A stretch of DNA of 60,939 nt, counting the filler. It is 9 parts of 9 records of this genome, joined end to end, with 100 filler letters (N's around TTAATTAATTAA, not from the genome) between each part and the next. Parts side by side here need not be neighbours in the genome. Positions count along the whole stretch, not along the records: positions 1 to 5,160 come from SRR31156797_60520; positions 5,261 to 11,992 come from SRR31156797_60542; 7 more parts are not named here. The stretch is one strand, 5' to 3'. Positions 1 through 10,265 of the stretch are shown piece after piece. The notes below the pieces were generated by a model that made no database searches, was not told the origin of the DNA, and saw only the letters and a program-made list of their open reading frames with translations. The stretch's first letter is position 1, and every line of letters starts with the position of its first letter. The position numbers and the translations under genes were made by a program.

Positions 1-15
1 GATGGAGAATCTCTG

Positions 16-453
16 ATGCCTGACGACCCGCTGGTCGAAATTACCGTGACCGCCAACATGGAAAACCTGGATCGGATAATCAAGGCTGTTACAGGTTTGG
101 CCGACAAGCTCGGCTATGACGACGGAATTGTCAGAAAAATAAAGCTGGCTGTTGATGAGGCTGTAGTTAACGTTATTAGCTATGCATATCCGGACGGCGC
201 CGGCCGCATGACCGTAAGAGCAGGCCTTTCGGAGGAAAACGGTTTTGTAGTTGAAATTCAGGATGAAGGACATCCATTTGACGTTTTGTCCTTGCCCGAA
301 CCGGATATAAAATGCGACGTGACCGAAAGAAAGATCGGCGGTCTGGGCGTACATTTTATTAAAAAAATGGCTGACGCCGTTAGATACAGACGCTCGAAAA
401 ATAAAAATATTCTGACCATTAAATTCAAAGACGCCAAGCCTGGCAGTCAATAA
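16..453 (+). CDS. Anti-sigma factor / RsbW-like Ser/Thr kinase (HATPase_c_2)
   Basis: LAVDEAVVNVISYAY N-box, IQDEGHPFD and GGLGVHFIKKMAD motifs; 145 aa; GGAG upstream. Confidence 0.9.
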   Translation: MPDDPLVEITVTANMENLDRIIKAVTGLADKLGYDDGIVRKIKLAVDEAVVNVISYAYPDGAGRMTVRAGLSEENGFVVEIQDEGHPFDVLSLPEPDIKCDVTERKIGGLGVHFIKKMADAVRYRRSKNKNILTIKFKDAKPGSQ

Positions 454-549
454 AATTTATAGCCAAATCAATATACTACCCTGCGGCGGAATCCGGGGAG
501 TTGTTCCCTTATTAAAACCCATTCATCTTTTTCGTCTGCTTGACAATAT

Positions 550-1638
550 CTAGTATTGTAATTTTTCCAGGGCTCCACGCGCTTCGGCCATAAGACGATC
601 AATGACTTCCTGAACAGTGCTTAGTTTATCACACCAGACAACTCCCTGACCCGCCCCTTCGCACATCAGCGGTTCTATTTCATATTCCATAATGGCTGTT
701 AATAATTCGCCCGTAAGTACTTGCTGATACGGCATTTTAAGAGGCTTGGGGGCGCCTTGGGCCTCCCATTCGTCGCTCCAGGCTGTTTTAAGCATTCTAG
801 CCGGTTTGCCGCTGTGGCAGCGGCTGATTATGGTGTCAGTGCTTCCCGCCTTGAATATTTTATTCAGTAAAATCTGGCTCAGACCATGTTCTTCAGTGGC
901 CAGCCAGACAGTCCCGAGCCAAACGCCCTGGGCGCCCATGGCCAGGGAAGCTGCTACCTGGCGGCCGTCCGCAATGCCCCCGGCCGCAAGCACCGGGGTG
1001 TCGCCCGCAGCATCCACTATCTGGGGAACAAGCGACATGGTGCCGATAGGCCCGGTATGACCGCCCGCATCGTAGCCCTGGGCTACAATCAGGTCCGCGC
1101 CCGCGGCTTTGGCGTGTTTTACGTGCCTCGGCGCTCCCACCAATGACAACGTTGTCATGCCTTTGTCTTTGGCCCGTTCAATAATGCTCGGCGACGTGCC
1201 AATGGCGCTGGCCAGAAGGTTTACATCCGATTGCAAAACTGCTTCCACCTGGGCTTCGAAAAATTCATTGGACCTGACCACGGAGGAAAAAAACGATTTG
1301 CCCTTGGGATCGGGAACATTATATTTTTCTTTTATATATTTAACAAAAGCCTTGTGCTCTTCAGGCAATTGCGCCTGGGCCGCCGCCCAGTCGTTCTTGT
1401 TGGTAAGCCCCAGGGGCAGTAAGAGGTCAACCCCAAAAGGCCGGTCGCCGACCATCGATCTTATTTTTCCCAAACGCTCAACTATGGCCTCGGGCATATC
1501 CCTTGTGGCCCCGTACACGCCAAAGCCTCCGGCATTGGTGATCGCCGCCGTAACCTCCATGCTGTGCGAAAAACCGAATATGGGGTTTCTTATTCCCAAG
1601 CGTTTGCAGAGTGGTGAATATAGCGGTCCGAGAGCCAT
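550..1638 (-). CDS. Nitronate monooxygenase / FabK-like FMN oxidoreductase
   Basis: VAQGYDAGGHTG and LAAGGIADGR motifs; start moved to MALGPLY (ATG at 1638) behind a GGAAGGAAAGGA RBS. Confidence 0.85.
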   Translation of the reverse strand: MALGPLYSPLCKRLGIRNPIFGFSHSMEVTAAITNAGGFGVYGATRDMPEAIVERLGKIRSMVGDRPFGVDLLLPLGLTNKNDWAAAQAQLPEEHKAFVKYIKEKYNVPDPKGKSFFSSVVRSNEFFEAQVEAVLQSDVNLLASAIGTSPSIIERAKDKGMTTLSLVGAPRHVKHAKAAGADLIVAQGYDAGGHTGPIGTMSLVPQIVDAAGDTPVLAAGGIADGRQVAASLAMGAQGVWLGTVWLATEEHGLSQILLNKIFKAGSTDTIISRCHSGKPARMLKTAWSDEWEAQGAPKPLKMPYQQVLTGELLTAIMEYEIEPLMCEGAGQGVVWCDKLSTVQEVIDRLMAEARGALEKLQY

Positions 1639-1700
1639 GTTGTTTTCCTTTCCTTCCATCATTTCCTCCTGGTTTCCGGCTGTTTTTTCCGGCTGCGACA

Positions 1701-2939
1701 TCAGGCCGTCCCTCCGGCGGACCCCGTTCTGGTGTCGGTCAAACGGGCTTTTTCCCTTTCCACCCCGAAATATCGGCAATACTCCAACACAATCGGATCA
1801 CCCCACACATCATCCGAATCATATCCGAATGAATCCAGTTTTTTGGGGGGCGCGGCTCTTTTGCCTTTCCTCTGCGCCTCCAAATAATCCAAGACCCTGT
1901 GTTCAACATCGTCCGGGACGGCCATATTACAGAACTCGTATATCGATCTTACCGTTTCAACCGCGTCGCCCATCAGTTCGCTATATCGAACATTCTTAAC
2001 TCTTGATTGTTCGTTTTTTGATATTTCAATGAGCGCCTTCAACGTCATCTTCTGTAAGTTGAAAGTATCTCTTCCTTGAGCGCCTTCATTTTGCATCGGA
2101 CCGGGCGCATCGCCGATGAACGGACTACATATTGCCTCGCCGGCCGTGCAGCTTGAGGTAAGGGCCCGGAATGGATCGCGGTGAATGATAATAAAACGCG
2201 CTTCCGGAAACACGTCTGCGAATGATTGGACATGTAACGTGGTCATGACGCATTTCAGCGCCAATCGTCCTCCTTCCGGAGGAGGGTTTTTCCATATTAG
2301 CACCTTGACGAGTTTTCTGAAATCTTCATAGGTCGGTTTGAGATCATTGTCAGTCAGCCATTGCGACCACGAGGACATGAGCGGTCTGACTCCGCAGCCT
2401 AGAAGGCCGGTGCAGTTTATAAAACCCCATGCGTTCTCCTCCGGTTCATCCGCATTAACCCAGTGCATCTGCTCCAAAAGAGAACCCCGAAGGGGCTCGA
2501 TTGAGGCTTGCAGTTTCTCTATACGTGGATCTGAATCATAGGTTTCCGCGCGGGGAGGCGGTAATGGCGCCATTAATTCCCAACGCAAGAGCGGACGGCA
2601 AAGCGGGTGAGTTGCAACCAAATGATGTAATAGAGTTGTGCCGGTTCGAGGGGATCCGGTAATAAAAACTATGGGCGGTATTTCAACGTCGAGTATTTCC
2701 GGATTATCCTTGATGAAGGCCAGCACTTTGAGCCTCCGTTCCAGGTCCTTTCTAGCGAGACGTTGTAGAAATTGTCGCCCGAAATCGATTATGTCCGGAT
2801 TATTAAGGTCTTTTACCCAGGCCGCCAGAGGTCCCTCGTAAGACGGCTCGCCGAAATCTGTAATACCCGTTTTCTCAATTGCGGCTTGCTTTAACGCCTC
2901 CATCTCTTCACGAATACCGCCGGGATCGGAATAATTCAT
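1701..2939 (-). CDS. Sulfotransferase (Sulfotransfer_3-like)
   Basis: PPIVFITGSPRTGTT PAPS-binding loop and IHRDP motif; start MNYSDP behind GGAGGGAGG. Confidence 0.85.
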   Translation of the reverse strand: MNYSDPGGIREEMEALKQAAIEKTGITDFGEPSYEGPLAAWVKDLNNPDIIDFGRQFLQRLARKDLERRLKVLAFIKDNPEILDVEIPPIVFITGSPRTGTTLLHHLVATHPLCRPLLRWELMAPLPPPRAETYDSDPRIEKLQASIEPLRGSLLEQMHWVNADEPEENAWGFINCTGLLGCGVRPLMSSWSQWLTDNDLKPTYEDFRKLVKVLIWKNPPPEGGRLALKCVMTTLHVQSFADVFPEARFIIIHRDPFRALTSSCTAGEAICSPFIGDAPGPMQNEGAQGRDTFNLQKMTLKALIEISKNEQSRVKNVRYSELMGDAVETVRSIYEFCNMAVPDDVEHRVLDYLEAQRKGKRAAPPKKLDSFGYDSDDVWGDPIVLEYCRYFGVEREKARLTDTRTGSAGGTA

Positions 2940-3032
2940 AAAGACCTCCCTCCATGTTGTTGTTCTGGACAGACGCTGTTTAGGGCTCTTTGACTGCAAG
3001 CAGGATTATAGTTCGCAATTATATAGTACCGA

Positions 3033-3803
3033 TCAATCCGCTGCCGGATTTAACCAGTCGTAAATGTATCCGGCTATTTCCTCCCACCCCGGTTCGGAAA
3101 GAACCCAGTGGGCATGATTGGAAAATTCCTTGTAAGTAGAAACGGATTCATATTTTTTTGCTACCTTACGGTTCACCGATGCCGGCGTGATATGGTCTTC
3201 CGAACCGGCCACAACCAAAACAGGACACGTAACCCTGGATGCATCCACCTTTGACGCCCCCCTGGAATCCAACAGCCAGAAGCCTATTTCAAAGGCAGCT
3301 CTCCCGGATTCATAAACAAATTTGTCATAAGCCGCTTTTTGTTCATCCGGCGGCAGCATGTTCAGCATTGAATAACAGGATTCCTCGAATTTTTGTCTCA
3401 TGGGTTTTTTCCAAAAATTCCACTTCGTCAGGATGCTCCAAAAACTCTTGATTACCGACGGAGTAAGAGCGGTGATACCGCTGGGCGAGGCAGGCGTCAG
3501 CAGAACAAGGCTTTGGGCCAGATCCCGGGCCCCCAAAATCTGGGCCAAAAGCCCGCCCATGGAATGACCCATCAGAATCGGTTTTTCATCAAGCGAGCGT
3601 ATTTCCTTTTCCAGATCTTCAGCATAGTCCAGCAGGCTGGCGGCGCCAAGTTCCGGCGGGGGCGAGTCCGCGGGATTCATGTCATGATGCCTTAAAGTCG
3701 GCCTCAGGCACTTGTACCCCTTTTCTTCAAAAAAATTCATGTAGTTTTCCCAATACCATCCGCCTCCCCACATACCGTGAATCATCATAATAACGCCCGA
3801 CAT
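3033..3803 (-). CDS. Alpha/beta hydrolase
   Basis: IHGMWGG oxyanion region, GHSMGG nucleophile elbow, GSEDH Asp and HAHW His. Confidence 0.9.
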   Translation of the reverse strand: MSGVIMMIHGMWGGGWYWENYMNFFEEKGYKCLRPTLRHHDMNPADSPPPELGAASLLDYAEDLEKEIRSLDEKPILMGHSMGGLLAQILGARDLAQSLVLLTPASPSGITALTPSVIKSFWSILTKWNFWKKPMRQKFEESCYSMLNMLPPDEQKAAYDKFVYESGRAAFEIGFWLLDSRGASKVDASRVTCPVLVVAGSEDHITPASVNRKVAKKYESVSTYKEFSNHAHWVLSEPGWEEIAGYIYDWLNPAAD

Positions 3804-3884
3804 TTATGACCCCCCTTTCGTCTTGAGGATTACCCAATACGTCCGGAAGCTTGCCAATATGCGAATTGAAGGCTTCCGAGACGA

Positions 3885-4778
3885 CTATGTTTGCTCCGCA
3901 TATTGATTTTTATCAGCATCCACGATATTTTTTGACACTCGAACGCCTATGTGAATCATCCAGAAAATTAAGCCGATATGTAGAACGTCATTGGCCGAAA
4001 ACCAAATGCCGCGCCTCCATAGGCTCTCCGTAAAACCGAATACCAGGTAAAGATAATACGTTCCGACCACCAGACCCAGATATATCCAGACCTTCATCAG
4101 CGACAAATCCAGCGCATGCCCGGATCTCCGATACCTGACAGCGTTATAAATAAACATGACAAGAAAACTTGGAATTACAAAAATAAGCATCAGTTCGAAA
4201 GAAATCATATACCGGTTTGGAATAAAGGCCCCGGTAAACACTATTATTGTGTACAAAAAACTATTTATCAGGGCGTAATACAAAAACGGTTTTCCGGTTT
4301 TTCCGCTTGTTCCATAGTGCGTTGTTGCTATAAACATGGCATTAATGCTTATTACTGAAAAAAACAGGTAAAAGATTTCCCACCAACTGGTCCAGGAACA
4401 GATTTCCCGCCCCGCGCATTTTATCTCATAACTGAAGGCCTGGTAGCTCGTTCCGGCCAACAGGGCGCCTACGCCCCAGAACAAAAGGCTTATCCCCCAC
4501 CATTTCAGGGCCTTGCCATTCATTTTTGTTCTTATAAATTTAATACCGATTCCAAGGCAAAGCAGGCCAAGAAAATACACAAAAAAGGTCGAACTCGGCG
4601 TCGACAGGGTAAAGTCAAGCGGCCCGAGTAGAATATTTACACAGGGGTGAACTGCACACCAGGTTTCGGGCGTCTGTTCGGGGCAGCAGTAAGGCAATGA
4701 TTGCACTCGGCTGCAGCCGGCAGTAGCAGTAAGAGTAGCAAGTGACGCAATAAACCGCTTCAAGATATCCCCACCCAA
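3885..4778 (-). CDS. Multi-pass membrane protein (DUF6962/CREST-like), possible lipoprotein signal
   Basis: About seven hydrophobic segments, C-terminal NDVLH motif, N-terminal KRFIASLATLTATAGC. Confidence 0.55.
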   Translation of the reverse strand: MGGDILKRFIASLATLTATAGCSRVQSLPYCCPEQTPETWCAVHPCVNILLGPLDFTLSTPSSTFFVYFLGLLCLGIGIKFIRTKMNGKALKWWGISLLFWGVGALLAGTSYQAFSYEIKCAGREICSWTSWWEIFYLFFSVISINAMFIATTHYGTSGKTGKPFLYYALINSFLYTIIVFTGAFIPNRYMISFELMLIFVIPSFLVMFIYNAVRYRRSGHALDLSLMKVWIYLGLVVGTYYLYLVFGFTESLWRRGIWFSANDVLHIGLIFWMIHIGVRVSKNIVDADKNQYAEQT

Positions 4779-4974
4779 TCAATTTGAAAAATCTGCATGT
4801 ATTTGAATTATAATAAAGAATTTGTCGCTGCTTTCTCGACGCCGAGACAATTTGTCATCCAAAGGATCGTTCAGTTTATTGCTCGGGCGACGCCTTTTGG
4901 AAACTGTTATTTTGTTATGCTTAAGGTTAATGAAATCGAATTCTTTCAAAAAGAGGAAATTAAGTCAATCCAAT

Positions 4975-5160
4975 TTATCTTTGATTAACATGCAACGGCA
5001 GGATTATGCATATCTTGAAGCCGTCATCAGAGTTTTCCGCCCGGATTCCGCCCCCGTGCATTTCAATAACTCTGGCGGTTATGGAAAGGCCAAGGCCCGT
5101 GCCGGATGTACCGGCTTTGTCAGCCCTGTGAAAAGGGTGAAAAATTCTGTTTAATTCTTC
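4975..5160 (-). CDS. Sensor histidine kinase, C-terminal fragment (5' truncated; absent from the ORF track)
   Basis: Manual minus-strand translation EELNRIFHPFHRADKAGTSGTGLGLSITARVIEMHGGGIRAENSDDGFKICIILPLHVNQR* shows HATPase F and G2 boxes. Confidence 0.85.
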   Translation of the reverse strand, partial: EELNRIFHPFHRADKAGTSGTGLGLSITARVIEMHGGGIRAENSDDGFKICIILPLHVNQR

Positions 5161-5260
5161 NNNNNNNNNNNNNNNNNNNNNNNNNNNNNNNNNNNNNNNN
5201 NNNNTTAATTAATTAANNNNNNNNNNNNNNNNNNNNNNNNNNNNNNNNNNNNNNNNNNNN
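5161..5260. other. Artificial contig spacer
   Basis: N44-TTAATTAATTAA-N44, stop codons in all six frames. Confidence 0.99.
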
Positions 5261-5315
5261 AAAAGTTTCTCTGGACTCTTCAAAAACTTTCATTAGGCTT
5301 CGCCGCTTCGCGAGT
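5261..5315. repeat. Probable fragment of an interspersed intergenic repeat at the contig start
   Basis: AAAAGTTTCTCTGGACTCTTCAAAAACTTT imperfect palindrome at a contig break; resembles Desulfovibrio intergenic repeats from memory, not searched. Confidence 0.45.
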
Positions 5316-5332
5316 TAAGACTTGCCTACAAT

Positions 5333-5365
5333 AACCCCCGCAATATCTTGGATATTGCGGGGGTT
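5333..5365 (-). terminator. Hairpin terminator after the EamA gene
   Basis: 15-bp perfect stem AACCCCCGCAATATC-ttg-GATATTGCGGGGGTT just past the stop codon. Confidence 0.75.
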
Positions 5366-5368
5366 TTC

Positions 5369-6292
5369 TTATCTCTTCTTCAAAACAATCACGCCGATAA
5401 TAATCAGGAAACATCCGCTCCATTGTTCCAGCGTCATATATTCGCCGAGCACCGGGATAGCGACTAACGCGGTCATCATGGGTTCTACGGTCAGCAGAAT
5501 GTTAACCACTGACGGCGAAAGATATTTCAGACTGGCAGTGATCAATGTCCAACCGGTCATGGACGGGCCGATAGCTAGGGTAAGAATGCAGGCCCACCCT
5601 TTCCAGTTCACTCCGGGCATGAAGATAGCCGCAGGATTCGGAGCAGTACCGGGAATCACCCCTTGTGCAAATACATTCAGGATCAGCATGTAAATGGCAG
5701 CAATCCCAAAAACATGCATCATAATGCTGAATGAACTAAGGCCCCGCTTTGTGCATTCACGCCCCAGCAACGCATAGGCGGAAAAGAAGACAGCAGAAAG
5801 CAATCCCAGAAGCATACCGATAGGAGTCAGCGAAAAATCAGATACACCCTGAATTCCGCAAACAAGTGCGCAACCTAACAAGCAAAACATAATTGAAGGC
5901 AGAATACGTAAATTCGGTTTTTCGCCTCCTAATGCCCACTGGGCCAGTACAGTAATCGGCACGGAAACATAGACAAGTACCGTGGAAACCCCGGCACCAT
6001 TAAAATAGACCGACCCGCCCCAGATTCCGTTCAGGCCGACCAGAACCAATCCATACATAGCCAGTAGCCCAATATTTTCCCGTTCAAACCTAAGCTTGTG
6101 CGGTTTAAATATGCGTAACCCGGCCATGAGAATGGTACTTACAAACAGGTTACGCCAGAAAGTGACCACAAAAATTGGCTGGGCGTAATCCACGACCATT
6201 ATCTTTATGAAAATACCCACAAGAGAAATGAGCGCCGCCCCTCCAAGGACCTGCGCTATTCCAAGACTTGTGGATGAATTGAGTTTAATCAT
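5369..6292 (-). CDS. DMT/EamA family transporter
   Basis: About 10 TM helices in two repeats; C-terminal LLTVEPMMTALVAIPVLGE pattern. Confidence 0.9.
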   Translation of the reverse strand: MIKLNSSTSLGIAQVLGGAALISLVGIFIKIMVVDYAQPIFVVTFWRNLFVSTILMAGLRIFKPHKLRFERENIGLLAMYGLVLVGLNGIWGGSVYFNGAGVSTVLVYVSVPITVLAQWALGGEKPNLRILPSIMFCLLGCALVCGIQGVSDFSLTPIGMLLGLLSAVFFSAYALLGRECTKRGLSSFSIMMHVFGIAAIYMLILNVFAQGVIPGTAPNPAAIFMPGVNWKGWACILTLAIGPSMTGWTLITASLKYLSPSVVNILLTVEPMMTALVAIPVLGEYMTLEQWSGCFLIIIGVIVLKKR

Positions 6293-6479
6293 TTTCTATC
6301 CTTCAATGTATACAATAACCACGAGGAACACGGTGGGGCACAATATTTCAGGAGTTTAAAATTTCAAAGCGAAATTTACAGAGTAAAAATTACCATGTTG
6401 TAATAAATTTGACCTGATTATGTAATGACGGATAGATGAAAGTAATAAAAAAAATACAAATACAGCGAGGATCAAATAT

Positions 6480-7607
6480 ATGCCCAAGGCCTTACCACGA
6501 CTCATTACCGCCCTGCTGCTCTTCCTGCTTGGCGGGTTCATCCTGTTCATGCTCAACCAGATTGCGGGGCTGGCCCAGCTCTGCGCAGTCTACTTTCCGG
6601 CATCGCATGATTACGTGCTTTTCGGCCTGAGCGGACTGTTCCTGATCATTTGCCTTAGCCCGCTGGTTATTCATTTCTTCCGGCCCGGACCGCTGGTTAT
6701 GCCCGACGATCCCACTCCGGCCGAGCAAAAGGAATTCATCCGTAAACTGCGCAAAAGATTAAAATCCAACAAGTATATCCGCGAAGCCGTATTGCCTCTG
6801 CACACAACCGAGGACCTCGACATTGCCCTCGAGCATTTGGACCGTATATCTACCCAGAAAATGAAAACCGTGGCCTCGCGTATTTTCCTGTCCACGGCCA
6901 TCTCCCAGAACGGACAACTCGATTCCTTCATCGTACTCGGCACCCTGACCAAGCTGGTCTGGGATGTATCCAAGATATATAACCAACGCCCCTCTATGCG
7001 GGATATGGTTGCGGTATACGCCAATGTTGCGGGCACAGCTTTTTTTGCCAGCGCAGTGGAAGAGCTTGATATTCAGGCCCAGATCGAAGCAATCATGTCT
7101 CCGGTACTGGCTGGGTCAGCACTGGGTATGATTCCCGGTGCCAGCGGTTTGACCTCAATCGTCACCGCATCCATTTTGGACGGCTCAACCAATGCCTTCC
7201 TTGCCCTGCGAGTAGGTATCATCACCCGTGGCCATTTCAATTTCCATGCGGAGAAAAATTCTCCGGGCTATCGTCGTGCCGTCCTGCGCGAGGCCGCAGG
7301 CATGCTCCTGTCCATCGCCATGGGTTCCACCAAGACAATCACCACCGCCTACCTGAAAACCATCACCGGAGCGGCCGGGGAAAAGGCGGCCAGTGCTGCA
7401 AAAAAAGTTGTCGATTCCACAGACAAAGCATTTCAAGCCACCAGCAAAGCAGCCAAATATTCCGCCACACAGGTAGGAAAAGTAGCCCGTTTTGCCACCT
7501 TCAGAAGTGACAAGCCGGAAGAACCGGAGCCTGAACCGGAAACGATGAAAGAGAAAGCTGGCAAGAAACTTGGACGGGTTAGAAATATGTTCAGGCGAAA
7601 AAAATAA
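6480..7607 (+). CDS. DUF697 (YcjF-like) membrane protein
   Basis: Two N-terminal TMs, TAISQNGQLD and DGSTNAFLALRVG motifs. Confidence 0.75.
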   Translation: MPKALPRLITALLLFLLGGFILFMLNQIAGLAQLCAVYFPASHDYVLFGLSGLFLIICLSPLVIHFFRPGPLVMPDDPTPAEQKEFIRKLRKRLKSNKYIREAVLPLHTTEDLDIALEHLDRISTQKMKTVASRIFLSTAISQNGQLDSFIVLGTLTKLVWDVSKIYNQRPSMRDMVAVYANVAGTAFFASAVEELDIQAQIEAIMSPVLAGSALGMIPGASGLTSIVTASILDGSTNAFLALRVGIITRGHFNFHAEKNSPGYRRAVLREAAGMLLSIAMGSTKTITTAYLKTITGAAGEKAASAAKKVVDSTDKAFQATSKAAKYSATQVGKVARFATFRSDKPEEPEPEPETMKEKAGKKLGRVRNMFRRKK

Positions 7608-7643
7608 AAAAAGGGTGGACCGTAAATTCGGTCCACCCTTTTT
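7607..7643. terminator. Bidirectional intrinsic terminator
   Basis: A-tract GGGTGGACCG-taaatt-CGGTCCACCC T-tract between convergent genes. Confidence 0.85.
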
Positions 7644-7663
7644 ATTTAGCTTCTATTAAATTA

Positions 7664-8092
7664 TTACACATTATCCGCCACTGGCATGGGAAAGACAATG
7701 TCATACACCCAGTTGTAGACAAAGGCATAAACCAGAAAGAAAAGTGCAAAACCGATATCTGCGATCAGGGCATGCCAGAGCGTCAGATCCAGCCACCATG
7801 CAACAAAAGGTACGGTGAGGGTCAAAAGCGAAAGCTCAAAAAGGATAGCATGCAATGCACGCATCCATGTAGGGCGTACATTGACCGGACGGTTCAGGGC
7901 CACCAGCACTTTGTCAAAAACCAGATTATATAGATAGTTGCAGACCATGGCGGTCATGGAAATAGCAATACTCATGATCCCGATACGGCTTAAATCCTTA
8001 TCAAGTATCCACGAAGCCAGCGGGGTACAGGTGCAAAGTCCGATAATTTCGAATAACAGGGTATGCCTGATTCTGTCAGCAGTTGTTCTCAT
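7664..8092 (-). CDS. PACE family efflux transporter (AceI-like)
   Basis: Duplicated RIRHTLLFE / RALHAILFE and YNYLYNLVFD / YAFVYNWVYD motifs; likely start MRTTADR. Confidence 0.9.
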   Translation of the reverse strand: MRTTADRIRHTLLFEIIGLCTCTPLASWILDKDLSRIGIMSIAISMTAMVCNYLYNLVFDKVLVALNRPVNVRPTWMRALHAILFELSLLTLTVPFVAWWLDLTLWHALIADIGFALFFLVYAFVYNWVYDIVFPMPVADNV

Positions 8093-8359
8093 GAAGGTGA
8101 GAGTACTGCTGACCCGCTGTTGATTCAAGATGATTCTCTAAAATTATTTCCATATATATCAGAATGATACCAAACTATAACAATAGTTACTCCGCTAAAA
8201 CTGGGTATAGGCTGCCCGATTCACACAGGCTCTTTTCCAGATATGTTCAAGCTTTGCATTGTTTTTGGCACCCAAATTGAATAAACTGTTCACAGGTGTC
8301 AGAAAACACACATTTTTTACTTTTGAACTAAAACCGACTCAAACGGACAGCGCAAAATC

Positions 8360-9535
8360 ATGCAACAAGACGAACTGCAAAAACTGCGGGAATTATCAGC
8401 ATCAGTCCCCAAACAAAAAAATCTGGCCCTATTTTTCGGGCGCGCAGGCGGATACTTCATTGATAACGTTAAATATTTCTTTATCCATTGCGTGCAACAC
8501 AGACCGGAACTGCAATGTTTTTTCCTGTCCTTTGACAAAAAAGAAGCGGACCTGTTGAAACGACAGGGACTGCCCGCACTATGGATTAATGATACTGAAA
8601 CCCTTGCGCTTATGACCAAGGCTTCGCTGGTAATCAGTGACGATTTCAGCTGGAAGACTCAGGAGCAACTCTGGGCCCTGCTCAGTGAAGCGACCTCCAT
8701 CCAGCTCTGGCACGGCATCCCGCTCAAGGCCATAGGCTTCCCGGAAATCAACTCATCAGTGAACATGAACCCGGAAAAAGCCGAGCACCTTTCCTTTGCC
8801 TATTCCGGCTACGATGCAGTGCTCTCCACTTCACCCTACTTCACCAAGACCGCTTTCGGGCGCGCTTTCAAGGCCGGGGATTTTCTGGAACTGGGCTACC
8901 CGCGCAACGACGTGCTTCTGCGCCGTCCCGGCAAATTTGATATGATCAATGCCGACCGTGAGCTTTATGCTGAGATGGTTAAATTTCGTAAACAAGGCGG
9001 CAAGGTGGTCTTTTTCATGCCCACCTTCCGCGATCTGGGCGGCGGACCGTTTGAGGACGGGGCCATCGACCTCGGCAAACTTTCGCAGTTCTGTCAGCAG
9101 AACAACATCCTTTTTGTCTGCAAATTTCATCCGTACCTGAGCATAGGACAGGTCCAGATGCCGCCGAACATAGTGCTCATGAATCCCAAGAGTGACGCTT
9201 ATCCGCTGCTGTCACTCTGTGATGCACTGCTGACCGACTACTCATCCATTTATTTCGACTTCCTGCTTCTGGACCGGCCCATGATCTTCTACCCTTACGA
9301 TTTTGAGGATTATGTGACTAAGAACCGGGAACTTCTTTATGACTATGACGAGATGACTCCGGGCAGAAAAGTCAAAAATAAAGATGATCTCTATACCGCT
9401 TTTGAAGAGATCGTGATAAATAATATAGACGACTTTACGAAAAACCGGAAAAAACTAAGAGAACTTTCCTTCACCCACTGCGATGGAAAGGCCGCGCAAA
9501 GGCTGGGTGAACACATCATCGCCAACTATCTATAA
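8360..9535 (+). CDS. CDP-glycerol glycerophosphotransferase (TagB/TagF-like)
   Basis: [25 protein letters not shown] and [11 protein letters not shown] motifs. Confidence 0.9.
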   Translation: MQQDELQKLRELSASVPKQKNLALFFGRAGGYFIDNVKYFFIHCVQHRPELQCFFLSFDKKEADLLKRQGLPALWINDTETLALMTKASLVISDDFSWKTQEQLWALLSEATSIQLWHGIPLKAIGFPEINSSVNMNPEKAEHLSFAYSGYDAVLSTSPYFTKTAFGRAFKAGDFLELGYPRNDVLLRRPGKFDMINADRELYAEMVKFRKQGGKVVFFMPTFRDLGGGPFEDGAIDLGKLSQFCQQNNILFVCKFHPYLSIGQVQMPPNIVLMNPKSDAYPLLSLCDALLTDYSSIYFDFLLLDRPMIFYPYDFEDYVTKNRELLYDYDEMTPGRKVKNKDDLYTAFEEIVINNIDDFTKNRKKLRELSFTHCDGKAAQRLGEHIIANYL

Positions 9536-9554
9536 CCCGCAAAGGGGGCAGACC

Positions 9555-10241
9555 ATGAAAGCAATCATTCTTGCAGCAGGAATCGGAAGCAGGCTAAGCA
9601 GACCTTTCCCTAAATCACTTTCTGTGCTTCCTTACGGGGAGACAATCCTCGGCCGCCAGATCCGGCTCATGCGTGAACTGGGCGTCAAGGAAATCATCGT
9701 TGTTGTCGGATTCAAGATGACCCTGATCATGGAACAATTTCCGGAAGTATTTTACAAGTACAACCCTGACTACTACATCACCAACACTTCCAAGAGTCTG
9801 CTCAAGGCTGTGGAAGACTTTGATGATGATATCCTCTGGACCAACGGCGATGTCGTTTTCGACAAACCGGTTTTGAAAAAATTCCTCAATGAAGCAAAAG
9901 ACGAAAGCCGCATCGCAGTTGACCGCAAGTCCTGCGGCGAAGAAGAGATCAAGTACTTACTCAACGACAAGGGTTACATCACTGAAATCTCCAAGCAGGT
10001 GGTCAATGCCGAAGGCGAGGCTGTAGGCATCAACCTTGTAAAACAAAAGGATCTGGCAGCATACAAGGAAGCCCTGCGACGTTGCGAGGATCAGGATTAT
10101 TTTGAAAAAGGCCTCGAATTCATCATTGAGGAAGGAGCCAACCTCAAGCCCGTGGATGTGTCAGAACACGCATGCGTCGAAGTGGACTTTGAAGAGGACT
10201 GGCAGTTTGCGGAAAAAACCTTCCTGCGCGCCGACCAGTAA
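9555..10241 (+). CDS. Phosphocholine/sugar-phosphate cytidylyltransferase (LicC-like NTP transferase)
   Basis: MKAIILAAGIGSRL...PKSL, NGDVVFD and EVDFEED motifs. Confidence 0.85.
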   Translation: MKAIILAAGIGSRLSRPFPKSLSVLPYGETILGRQIRLMRELGVKEIIVVVGFKMTLIMEQFPEVFYKYNPDYYITNTSKSLLKAVEDFDDDILWTNGDVVFDKPVLKKFLNEAKDESRIAVDRKSCGEEEIKYLLNDKGYITEISKQVVNAEGEAVGINLVKQKDLAAYKEALRRCEDQDYFEKGLEFIIEEGANLKPVDVSEHACVEVDFEEDWQFAEKTFLRADQ

Positions 10242-10265
10242 CTTTAAGTACGGATTCAAACATCA

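Noticed and set aside
4822-5154. 110-aa plus-strand ORF
   Set aside because: The opposite strand encodes a clear histidine-kinase tail
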